From an uncultured Verrucomicrobiae bacterium (GTDB lineage: Bacteria; Chlamydiota; Chlamydiia; Chlamydiales; Rhabdochlamydiaceae): a DNA stretch of 64,000 nt. A model generated the notes under the pieces. That model saw nothing but the letters and a program-made list of their open reading frames with translations. It searched no databases and was not told the DNA's origin. Positions 19,601 through 27,950 of the stretch are shown piece after piece. Position numbers and translations under genes: made by a program. How positions within the stretch are numbered: position 1 is the first letter of the stretch; each line of letters opens with the position of its first letter. Location: assembly GCA_963731265.1 (NCBI GenBank), contig CAVSUE010000001.1:1824001-1888000 (forward strand), given 5' to 3'.

Positions 19601-21042
19601 GTCAGTGTCCTGTATGCAATTGCCGTTAATGTACTGGGAAAGGCCCAAGTCGTGGTTGTGCCCGTTGCAAAAACGATATTGCCCCCTCCTCCACCTGATC
19701 CCGATGACTCAATAAGGACATTGTTGCTACCAAGGGCAGTGTTTAGGTCCCCGACATATAAATTGGCAGTGGCAACTCCCGAAGGATCATAAGGATTGGT
19801 AAAGCCACCAGTAGTCCCCGTCGTGTTGCTAATCGTGATATCGACGGGGTCAAATAGCAGAGTGCCTGTTTTGCCATTTTTAGCGCGCGTGCTCACATCA
19901 CCACGATAATCGAGATGATTGGATTTAACCGAGATCTCAACGAATCCCCCATCTCCGTGTTCTCCCAATCCCTGGCAAGAGATTTGCCCATGGCAGCTTG
20001 TTGCCTCGTCTCCCCATAGAATGACACGTCCTGCATCTTCTTCCCATCCATCGGCAAGGAGACGCGCTCCTTTTGCAACGGAGTTTGTTTTTGCATTGGC
20101 GATTTCAGAATTTGAGCCTCGATAATCACCCCCCACAAGAATAGTTCCTCCATGCCCACCTGAGACATCGATCAGGGCGTTCTGATCAAGATGCACATCT
20201 TTTCCTAGGATGCGCACTTGTCCGGAAGGAGCGCTGATCGAGCCATCAACGAAAGTTTCCCCACGATCGGCCACCAAATAGACTTTTCCTTCTCTCTCTA
20301 CAGTGGCAACGGCCTCGATTATCCCGGTATGGTGAATCGCTTTCTCATAAGGACTTCCTGTCTTAAATTCAGCAGCCAAAGCCTGAATCTCTCCGCTATT
20401 TTTGATCCCTTCTTCATCTTCACTTAAGCGAATAAAAATTGTTTGCTTGGTAGTAGGATGAATCATCACTTCACTTGTCGTTAAGCTGACCACTCCTTCC
20501 GGCGCTGTGATTTTACCACTGTTATCGATAGCACGGGCGATTAGATAGACATCGCCTTGGGCGGAGGCAATGGTGCCAAGATTGACAATTTTTCCGGGAC
20601 CTAAATTTCCAAAAAACAACTCCGAGCCTTGCCAAAACGCCTCGTTAGAAATATCGGCAGTGGTTGCCAAAAAACCAGCGGTGTCGATCTTAGCCGAGCT
20701 ACCTATAAAAACGCCTTGGGGGTTGATCAGATAAATGGGACAGTTGGCTTCAAGCAGGCCAAGGATTTGGCTTGATGGGCCAGTGAGAACGCGGTTTAAA
20801 ACGATATCTTTACTTTGGGATTGTAAGAAAGAGACTGTTTCGCGGAGAGAAATATCAAATCGCTCCCAGTTGATGATCGCTTTGCCATTGACTTGGATAC
20901 GAAGCCCATCGGGTGAGGGGACAATAGTGGCCTCCCCTTTAACAGATTGTCCTCCTGTGGGCAGAGCAAACAAAGTGAGATTGCAAGTAAGTAGACTAAG
21001 CAATAAGGGCTTGGTGATTTGCATAATATCTCCGAACACCAT
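16696..21042 (-). CDS. TpsA exoprotein 1 (filamentous haemagglutinin N-terminal domain, long beta-helix)
   Basis: Signal peptide (likely start MQITK at 21024); TPS domain LPTGG...IINWERFDI...LNRV...YLINPQGVFIG; GGFVEIS, GTLLFDPVDITI; many G-N-I-x-x-x-G repeats. Confidence 0.93.
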   Translation of the reverse strand: MVFGDIMQITKPLLLSLLTCNLTLFALPTGGQSVKGEATIVPSPDGLRIQVNGKAIINWERFDISLRETVSFLQSQSKDIVLNRVLTGPSSQILGLLEANCPIYLINPQGVFIGSSAKIDTAGFLATTADISNEAFWQGSELFFGNLGPGKIVNLGTIASAQGDVYLIARAIDNSGKITAPEGVVSLTTSEVMIHPTTKQTIFIRLSEDEEGIKNSGEIQALAAEFKTGSPYEKAIHHTGIIEAVATVEREGKVYLVADRGETFVDGSISAPSGQVRILGKDVHLDQNALIDVSGGHGGTILVGGDYRGSNSEIANAKTNSVAKGARLLADGWEEDAGRVILWGDEATSCHGQISCQGLGEHGDGGFVEISVKSNHLDYRGDVSTRAKNGKTGTLLFDPVDITISNTTGTTGGFTNPYDPSGVATANLYVGDLNTALGSNNVLIESSGSGGGGGNIVFATGTTTTWAFPSTLTAIAYRTLTVNGTISATNGGAVNFTTQGLGVTTTPQEGLYVSSTGRVTTDSGDITFNGTGISGAVGVVNQCSGVAVDGVVQTANGTINFIGITGTPNNGNQNGVMIRGQVTSTSSGNINMTGTSTSAGVTGGNNGLIIRGDGPIGNPKITSMGTGNITLIGTSACQGLIATGFEMAGDNTTATCQALGSGNITIIGTLSTGPSNSGQGVQIATRSTLSSNSGTISITGINNGQGTNNPGVFLTASSIIESNSGPINIIAQTTVSSGSSSAFQVAGGSFLYSTSGNITANAINSSLTGNTQLGIQVSQSQVVNTNGNIQMTGQARGSAGNPNNRGLQLDTASVVESLGTGMINLNGTGGAGTNTNWGILIYQSTVAALGTGPIQMTGIGGGSGTSADGIAIEVGGKIMSTNGGSITLNGTGSPVGTTGNGIIVTGTSSAVTSTSGNIQITGTGNGIGASSTGLSVTAAGSISSTTTGAITISNAQGSLAGTSSCHGVFVDGIGSKITSSSGAIEVTGTAGGTGNTNEGIRLSNGGIISSNSGPIVLAGTGSVQGTSSNEGIFMRDSSTAVSSVNGPITMTGTAGGGTTNGTAVTNSAAVKNTNSGKITVNSPNTIFVNNNASIETLGTGPGNDISVQAGAVNLTAGSLGPALISTTNGDIGVNTTGNVSLTGGTNAGSNALIQSTTHGDINANAMNLIVQGGSNNVLTGIQTAQGNISVTCVQDCLYTAPTAGALGVMRTFGSDLTVIAGDSINLSGYTIFSTPNPGNLLLIAGNNISIGTNTQVIADGTTSSSLTLVVDNDFPTAPGIGLGQFILEPGGLIMAGAGIPVKVYTARRSQNTVGNSINGSVFTPGPFEIDSNIEQWGTYYPGGTYQGTPFKIYYKELNPLASKPAQALLFTNIAANLVTLPDLLPVIKMPPLIRLRSPSYHFKICQFIDRKKQWRYCDPIFSPYGSFIFEDDVYWIDSENRSTTTTVN

Positions 21043-21103
21043 TTAATATTTTCACGTAAGCAATGAGTTCCTATTCCATTACAGCCTGTAATATTCTATT
21101 ACA

Positions 21104-23650
21104 TTAATGTGGAATAAACGTCACGGTTCCTGATCCTGTCGTATTCACTTGAGTCGAAGGAATCACGAGAATAGGTTGGTTGTTTTGGCCGTTTCCTCGA
21201 GCTGTTCCTTCGATGATGATATTGCCATCAATACTTGTGACCTCCGAATAAACGCTTTGTACCACAACACCATTACAATCATCGGTGCCCGGTCCGCCTG
21301 TTCCCACTAAAGAAATTTGTGCAGCTTCCGAACCGGTTCCTGTGGATTGGATTTCTCCCATTTCAATCCGTATTCCTTGATTGAGATCCATTGTGCCATT
21401 TGAGATGCCTATCATTTGAATATTGCCATTAGAAGAAACAATAGCCGGTCCGGCTGAAGAGATAATGACGCCACAATTGCCATTTAAGCCGGAGAGGTTA
21501 TTTCCTTGCAGAGTAATAGGAGCAGTACCCGTAGATAGGCATTGGCCCGTTGTTTCAATCCGAATTCCATAATTGAAATCTTCAGAGCCTTGACCAACTC
21601 CCGTTATTGAAATCGCTCCGTTATTTGCAATCAGCGATGTTCCCGACAAGCTGACTCCATGGTTATTATTAGTCCCGTTACCCGATGTCCCTGACAGCGT
21701 AATGACGCCGCTGCCTGTTGACTGGCACAGAGATTCAAATAAAGTGGCAAGGCTCACCCCCATATTCTGCTCTCCAGTCCCCATGCCTATTCCTGTTAAA
21801 TTAATATCTCCATCTACTGTATTGATTACTCCATCGCTCATGTAGATCCCCATATTATTGTCGATCCCACTTCCTGCAAATCCATTGAAAGTCACTGTTC
21901 CTGTGCTCAAAATATTTAAAGTCGCAGACGAATAGATTCCCATATTACCACTTCCAGTTCCATTGCCCCCGCCATATCCATCAAGACTTAAGGGGCCGGC
22001 ATCGGTTTGAAGAAAAGTTTCTGAAGATAACAAATAGATTCCTACGTTTGAGTTAGATCCGTTTCCGCCGGTACCAACCAAAGAAAGACTCCCCTCTCCA
22101 CTGGTTTGTACAACGCAATAACTCCCTGTTGAAATTCCATAGACATCATCGCTACCATCTTGCCGTGCAAAGCCTGTCATGGATACATTGCCTCCCCCTG
22201 CATCCATCATTCCAAATTGAATAGAAATTTCTCCTTCTTGAACTCCTCCAAAATTTCCCACAGAAACAGTAATGTCTCCTCCATTGGTGAATATTTCCGA
22301 GAAGTTTCCGAATTGAAAACTGGCTACACCCGGATCGCGATCTGCGGCAATAGCCCCATCATCGTTAATGCTAGCTATAAAACTGCCGCCATTTAATGAA
22401 AGATACCCATAAAATAATATAGAACGGCCTGCTTGAAGTGTAAGTCCGTTGCCTGCTGTGGAGACCTCGACATCATCTTGAAAAAGTATATCCGTATTGG
22501 CTTGAATGGTGACATTGGCAGCATTGAGAGCCGATTGCAACGTAGCCCCACTAATGATGACCGAGTCAGTCGGGCTAGATCCAAAAGTATTCCCAGTGGC
22601 AGGATCCGTCCCTTCAGGAGAAATGTTTACATATTGGGGATCAAAGATAACCCTACCCGTTTTTCCACAAGGTGCAGAAGCATCGACAATGGGATGTTCT
22701 TCGCTGAACTTTGAAGAAGATCCTTCAAAACAGAGATGAATAGTTCCTCCATTTCCTCCTTGAGTGCCCCCACGCGCTTGAGCTTTCCCGTTAAAGATGA
22801 GTGGCGCTTTCGTGGAAATTGTGATTTCTCCTCCATCGCCATCGATCTCAGCATTGGCAATGAGTTGTCCTTCAACGATCACCCCCCCTTGCTCAGCCAC
22901 AAGAGAAATATGTCCTTTTTGCCCTCGAGTTGTCAGGGCTTCGATAGAGCCATCATGATGAATCGCTTTTTCGTAAGGGCTCCCTGTTTTAAGTTGGACA
23001 ACGAGAGCCTGAATAGTTCCTGTGTTTTCAATTCCCTGTTCATTTTCACTTAAGCGGATGAAGGAAGTCTGTTTGGTCATAAGATCGATCATGACTTCAC
23101 TCGTGGTAATTTTTACCACTCCTTGGGGCGCTGCGATTTTACCCGCATTCTCGATAGAGCCTGCGACCAAGAAGATATCCCCCCCATTGGAAACGATATT
23201 GCCAAGATTGACAATTTTGCCGGGGCCTAGCTGCTCAAAGCTTAAATTCGAGTTTTGCCAAAGCATTTCACTAGAAATATGCGCTGTTGAGGCTAAAAAA
23301 CCACCGATATCAAGGAGAGCTTGCTCACCGACGAGCACGCCTTGCGGATTGAATAGGTAAACCGGACAATTGGATTCAATCCTACCCAGAATCTGACTAG
23401 CAGAGTCTTGCGTCATACAATCGAGAATAACAGTGCCGAGCTCTGTTTGCCGAAAAACGATTTTTTCCTGTGGGCCGATATCGAATTGATCCCACTGAAT
23501 AATCGCCATACCGCTTGCCTGGATTTCCAATCCATTGCGAACATGTGCAATTCTTGCATCTCCTTTGACAACTTGGCCCCCGGATGGAAGTGCAAAAAGA
23601 GAAAGAGTGCCGAAGAGCGATAAAAGCGTAAAACATTTTTTCATAGCCAC
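21104..23650 (-). CDS. TpsA exoprotein 2 (acidic beta-helix), paralogue of TpsA1
   Basis: LPSGGQVVKG...IIQWDQFDI...YLFNPQGV; LKTGSPYEKAIHH segment shared with TpsA1; GRVIFDP. Confidence 0.92.
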   Translation of the reverse strand: MAMKKCFTLLSLFGTLSLFALPSGGQVVKGDARIAHVRNGLEIQASGMAIIQWDQFDIGPQEKIVFRQTELGTVILDCMTQDSASQILGRIESNCPVYLFNPQGVLVGEQALLDIGGFLASTAHISSEMLWQNSNLSFEQLGPGKIVNLGNIVSNGGDIFLVAGSIENAGKIAAPQGVVKITTSEVMIDLMTKQTSFIRLSENEQGIENTGTIQALVVQLKTGSPYEKAIHHDGSIEALTTRGQKGHISLVAEQGGVIVEGQLIANAEIDGDGGEITISTKAPLIFNGKAQARGGTQGGNGGTIHLCFEGSSSKFSEEHPIVDASAPCGKTGRVIFDPQYVNISPEGTDPATGNTFGSSPTDSVIISGATLQSALNAANVTIQANTDILFQDDVEVSTAGNGLTLQAGRSILFYGYLSLNGGSFIASINDDGAIAADRDPGVASFQFGNFSEIFTNGGDITVSVGNFGGVQEGEISIQFGMMDAGGGNVSMTGFARQDGSDDVYGISTGSYCVVQTSGEGSLSLVGTGGNGSNSNVGIYLLSSETFLQTDAGPLSLDGYGGGNGTGSGNMGIYSSATLNILSTGTVTFNGFAGSGIDNNMGIYMSDGVINTVDGDINLTGIGMGTGEQNMGVSLATLFESLCQSTGSGVITLSGTSGNGTNNNHGVSLSGTSLIANNGAISITGVGQGSEDFNYGIRIETTGQCLSTGTAPITLQGNNLSGLNGNCGVIISSAGPAIVSSNGNIQMIGISNGTMDLNQGIRIEMGEIQSTGTGSEAAQISLVGTGGPGTDDCNGVVVQSVYSEVTSIDGNIIIEGTARGNGQNNQPILVIPSTQVNTTGSGTVTFIPH

Positions 23651-23660
23651 ATACCCCTGT

Positions 23661-25379
23661 TTAATAACTGGCAGTCACGTTAAAATGGATTCTATTCCAA
23701 TCGCCTTCAAACGCTTTCTTATTATGTAGGCGAATCCCCCAATCAAACCTGAGAGTAAGATAGGGTTCGATCGTATAGCGCAAGCCTGGACCTGCTCCCA
23801 AAAGATAATCTGACTTCCCTGACCCGGGAAAAGTCTTCCTTGTTCTGCCGAGTCCGTAATCGAGAAAAACAAGAAATTGCAGTGCATCGTAAAATGAGCA
23901 CGATGAGCGAATGGATTTAATGATCGGAATGGCCGGGCTTCTGAATTCTGAGCTTACAACAAAGGCGTTATCTTCATTTAACTCTCTTTGCTCATAACCG
24001 CGTACACTATCATAACCGCCGAGTCCAAATTGCTCGCTCGGTAGGAGGGGTTCACTTGTGATTTGCCCTGTGGTCAGCATGTAAAACGAAAAAGATTTGG
24101 GCAAGCGTTGCAGGTAAGCCAGAGACCCTCGAAAATAGATCCAATGGTTCACAGCTCCAGGCCGTAGTGAAGCATAATCGGAATTTGTTTGATCAGATAA
24201 CCACTTTCCTGGAGACCAGTAGAAGTTACCGATAAAATCCAAACGAAACCTGTTTCTTTCGTAATTGCCGCCATAGCCTAAGACTGCCTGGGTCAGGTTG
24301 ACTTCATGGCCAAACCGGGGGAAAACCTCGACATACTCGAACGTGTTGTTGCTTCGCTTGAAGTCTCCGCCGAAGGTGATTTCGTGTTCTAAATAGGGAT
24401 AAATTTTAAGTGGGATAACATACCGAAGACTGGTCTGCATACTCCACCCATCATTGTGTTTAAAAGGGTAATGGACATGAGGATGGACCTCAGAATATCC
24501 CCCATATACATCGAGCAAATGTCCCCAGGAAAGGGGCGCGGTGTACTCGGCAGTATGAGCTTGGAACCGATGCATATTATAAGAGGAAGTAAACTGATAA
24601 GAAAGAATATGGTCGAGTCCAAAGACATTGCCCCAGTTAAATCCAGCATACCATCGATTAGCACCTAGCGGTTCGACTCCCAAATCATCAGAGCCTGTGT
24701 AAACCCTAGCAGAACGCCGATCTTTAACTGAAACGACAACATCCGTGGTTCCTTCTTCTTTCCCAGGAACAAAGACAAGATCAGCGCGACGAAAAGGATT
24801 TCGGTTAATAAAACTGATATTTTGGATCAACCTGCTTTCGTCAAGAAAATCTCCAGACTTGACATGACAATACTTTTCGATGCGTTCGTTAGAGGTCCAT
24901 TTGTTTCCTTCGACTCGCAGATTGCCGAGGCGGCTTTCCATGACAACAAGTTGTAACACGCCCGTTGTCACTTCCTGTTCCGGAACTTTTACAAGGACGA
25001 AAGGACGGTGGTTTTCTCTGTAGTAGTCATCAATGGTGCGTTTGAGCTCCCCAAGCGTTTCATGAGTCACAGGGCTTCCCAGAAAGGGGGTAAGTCGCTT
25101 ACGCAACTGCTCTGAATGACCTGGAATATCTAAATCTTTCCAATGGACCCCTTCCCGATTTTTTGCCGCAGACAGCCCCTTTTCTTCACTTTGAGATAGG
25201 AGAACGATCCCTTTTAATTCAGAAATGAGAAATGGAGAATTTTTTGTCTGAATGTTGGCTTGGTTCCCGATAGCGGGATTACAGGATAAAGAATGATGAA
25301 GTGTTCCCACAAGCAATCCAGATAGGCAAAATACGTGGCGATATAACATTTTCGTTACCCTTTTTATGTTTTCTGCCAT
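23661..25379 (-). CDS. TpsB (ShlB/FhaC/HecB) outer membrane transporter
   Basis: POTRA-like VPEQEVTTGVLQLVVMESRLG; EQFGLGGYDSVRGY (VRGY motif); C-terminal aromatic beta-signal HFNVTASY; start may be 25349. Confidence 0.93.
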   Translation of the reverse strand: MAENIKRVTKMLYRHVFCLSGLLVGTLHHSLSCNPAIGNQANIQTKNSPFLISELKGIVLLSQSEEKGLSAAKNREGVHWKDLDIPGHSEQLRKRLTPFLGSPVTHETLGELKRTIDDYYRENHRPFVLVKVPEQEVTTGVLQLVVMESRLGNLRVEGNKWTSNERIEKYCHVKSGDFLDESRLIQNISFINRNPFRRADLVFVPGKEEGTTDVVVSVKDRRSARVYTGSDDLGVEPLGANRWYAGFNWGNVFGLDHILSYQFTSSYNMHRFQAHTAEYTAPLSWGHLLDVYGGYSEVHPHVHYPFKHNDGWSMQTSLRYVIPLKIYPYLEHEITFGGDFKRSNNTFEYVEVFPRFGHEVNLTQAVLGYGGNYERNRFRLDFIGNFYWSPGKWLSDQTNSDYASLRPGAVNHWIYFRGSLAYLQRLPKSFSFYMLTTGQITSEPLLPSEQFGLGGYDSVRGYEQRELNEDNAFVVSSEFRSPAIPIIKSIRSSCSFYDALQFLVFLDYGLGRTRKTFPGSGKSDYLLGAGPGLRYTIEPYLTLRFDWGIRLHNKKAFEGDWNRIHFNVTASY

Positions 25380-25503
25380 GGCCCTTGGTCATTTTTTAAT
25401 CAGGAGGAAAACTATGCGTATGGCTCTTTTCGACTTTTTTGTAAAATATAAATTTTTTGCGCTTTAGAAGCTCCCGTTAAAAATAATTTCTTCATGCAAG
25501 TTA

Positions 25504-26688
25504 TTAAGGCCAGGGACAGTTCATTGGGAATAAAATTTTTGCAAGGGCCATGAACAATAGGGTTGCATCATCGCTGGGAAAAGAGTCGGGGGAATCTTTG
25601 TTGATCATCACGACGAAGGTTGCATCTTGAGAAACCAGATAATTCATCGAGCAGTTATAAGAAATAACATCTCCTTCATGACCTAAAAAAACATTGTCAT
25701 TGTCCAAAGAAAAATCTCCAAGCATTTCAATACCTAGCCCGTACCTCAAAAAGGGCCCCTGAAAAGGTCCAGGCGCAGCCAGAGGAGTAACGCGGATAAG
25801 CCGCTGTTGTTGCATTTGAGGAGATACGAGGGTTCCTAGCGCCAGAGCCTTTGCCCACGCTTTAAGATCCCGTAAATTAGAAACAAGCCCGCCCGCTCCA
25901 AGTAAGAGAGAGGGATTAATAACGGTAAAATCGATTTGATTAGCACGGGTAAAATCGAAGAACTCTGGATCGATATTCTCTGGGCCGAAAAGATATCCTC
26001 TTGCAAATTCCCCGTTTAAATAGGGGCTTCTAGGAAGCACTGTATTTTCCAAACGCAGAGGAAGGACGACGCGGGCTTCGATCGCACGGCCAATGGGAAT
26101 TCCGATAAGCTGTTGAACAATCATTCCCTGCAAAATGAAGTTAGTATTGTTGTAGTCGACTTGTGTCCCAGGCGGAAAAAGAGGGGGATGAGAAACTGCG
26201 ATTTGAACAAGCTGTTCTTGAGTCCATTCTTTCCAAGGCATTTCGAAAACGGTCATCCCTAAGTTTTGGTCTTTTGAATAATCGAATAGTCCGCTGGTAT
26301 GATTGCAAAGCATGCGTACCGTTATGTTGTTTGCATTTGGGACACCTAAATTAAAACTTTCAATCGATTCATCCAAGCTAATCAGGCCTTCATCTACTAA
26401 TTGTAAAATAACAGTCGTAGTAAATGACTTAGAGATACTTGCAATCCGCATTTTATCCGAAAAAAGCAATGGACGCATTGCCTGAATATTCGCCAAACCT
26501 TTTGTTCTAACCCAAGTCGAATCTTCGCCGACCCACACTCCTGCAATGATGCCGCCTACGGCTATACCTGCGGTTGCAAATGTGGCGTCGAGCTGGGCAA
26601 TAATTTCAGGAGAAAATTGGGCATTTAATGGAATGAAAAAAGAGAGCAGAAAAATAACAGGATAACATTTTATCTTGTGCTTTACCAT
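25504..26688 (-). CDS. Serine hydrolase of the class C beta-lactamase / D-Ala-D-Ala carboxypeptidase family, secreted
   Basis: Signal peptide; RIASISK (SxxK), LCNHTSGL, DYNNTNF (YxN), GHEG. Confidence 0.9.
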   Translation of the reverse strand: MVKHKIKCYPVIFLLSFFIPLNAQFSPEIIAQLDATFATAGIAVGGIIAGVWVGEDSTWVRTKGLANIQAMRPLLFSDKMRIASISKSFTTTVILQLVDEGLISLDESIESFNLGVPNANNITVRMLCNHTSGLFDYSKDQNLGMTVFEMPWKEWTQEQLVQIAVSHPPLFPPGTQVDYNNTNFILQGMIVQQLIGIPIGRAIEARVVLPLRLENTVLPRSPYLNGEFARGYLFGPENIDPEFFDFTRANQIDFTVINPSLLLGAGGLVSNLRDLKAWAKALALGTLVSPQMQQQRLIRVTPLAAPGPFQGPFLRYGLGIEMLGDFSLDNDNVFLGHEGDVISYNCSMNYLVSQDATFVVMINKDSPDSFPSDDATLLFMALAKILFPMNCPWP

Positions 26689-27680
26689 TTTACATCCAAA
26701 GATAATGTAATCCCTTGTAAGCCCAAATCAGTATTTTGTGGATTACTGGGATTTTGATCACGGTATCTCCTCATTTGGTTTTGATCGAAGACTTTGACGA
26801 TCTCATAAGCAAAAGATAAATAGAGATGCCATTTGTTTGACAATATGGGCCGATATTGGAGGCCCAACCCTGCCGCCAGATCATTAGTCACTTCAATAAA
26901 ATTCCTCCGCTCTCTGAATAAATGACCCGAAGAGAGTTGAATCAAAACATTCTCTCCACTGACTTTCTCAGGAACGTTAAATCTCCCATACAATAATGTG
27001 CCAGCTGCATTGCCAAAAAAAATCAAATGACGATTAAGATGGAACAGCAGACCTAAATCCAGATGCAGTCCGAGAGCATGATAATTGTTTTCTGCTTTGA
27101 GTTTGATTGGACTGTCCAAGTCAAAATCCCCTCCTGCATACTTTACTTTGAAGGTTTGATCAATCAAAAGCCCTCTTAAACCAAAAGCCGGAATAACTTC
27201 GAAATATCTATTCATTTTACAGGGACAGCTCAAAAGCAAATCCAAGGTATCGTAATACAAATTCCACTTCGCAGAAGCGCTGAGAGCATCGATTCCATAT
27301 GGAGAAGGAGTCCACAATTGTTCCAGGAAATGATGGAGACCTCCACTAGAAGCATGTCCTTGGCTTTCGGAATTTAGGTGGGTCCAAAGCAAAGAAATAT
27401 CCCATTGATTCTTTTCCAAATAATAAGCAAAACCCAATCGGAATCCTGGATCCCATTCAAATGAAGGGTGTTTCCAATGCATGCTTTTCGGTTGGAATTC
27501 AGGATTGCTGGAAACTTGCACAGCATAATCCAACCCCTGTTCAGACGCTTGCCAGTACAGAAAGTCTAATGTTGCATCATAGTGAAGTTCTTTTTTTGGT
27601 TTAGCGCTGTCCGCCATCAAGATGCCGGGGATCAAAACCAATAACATCGTTTTAGATAAGTCGCCCATAGTCCCATCCAC
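26682..27680 (-). CDS. Lpg1974/Legionella MOMP-like outer membrane beta-barrel
   Basis: DFLYWQASEQGLDYA, FEWDPGFRLG, ASAKWNLYYDTLDL, DLGLQGITLSLDVKW with terminal aromatic; start GTG 27680 or ATG 27668; stop overlaps the start of the next gene. Confidence 0.85.
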   Translation of the reverse strand: MDGTMGDLSKTMLLVLIPGILMADSAKPKKELHYDATLDFLYWQASEQGLDYAVQVSSNPEFQPKSMHWKHPSFEWDPGFRLGFAYYLEKNQWDISLLWTHLNSESQGHASSGGLHHFLEQLWTPSPYGIDALSASAKWNLYYDTLDLLLSCPCKMNRYFEVIPAFGLRGLLIDQTFKVKYAGGDFDLDSPIKLKAENNYHALGLHLDLGLLFHLNRHLIFFGNAAGTLLYGRFNVPEKVSGENVLIQLSSGHLFRERRNFIEVTNDLAAGLGLQYRPILSNKWHLYLSFAYEIVKVFDQNQMRRYRDQNPSNPQNTDLGLQGITLSLDVKW

Positions 27681-27822
27681 GGATTCAAAATTAAGTTTGC
27701 GCCATGGTATCTAAAGTCGGGATCTGCCTCAATACTATTCAGATCAAAACAAATCAAGTGAGCTCAAATCCCCGGCCATGACTTTTATTCATCGCTGTAA
27801 GAAAAAAAGTTGATGGCGCTAA

Positions 27823-27950
27823 GAGGATGTCTACAAAGTCAGGTTCTGTCGATTTTTTCGGTTCTTTTGAGCCGATTTTCGAATTCTTTTTACGGGGGTT
27901 GTATCAACTTGCGTATACTATCCCCGCAAAAGGAATCGAAAAGAATCCTC
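27823..27950. mobile_element. Family A MITE-like element with internally deleted right arm and TAA target duplication
   Basis: Starts GAGGATGTCTACAAAG and ends ATCCTC; TAA at 27820-27822 and 27951-27953; near-identical (reverse complement) to the 36310 copy. Confidence 0.85.

Noticed and set aside
16696..23650. Contact-dependent inhibition (CdiAB) interpretation of the TPS locus
   Set aside because: No VENN/pre-toxin motif, no recognisable toxin domain and no immunity gene; tpsA1 ends 54 bp from the convergent lptB.
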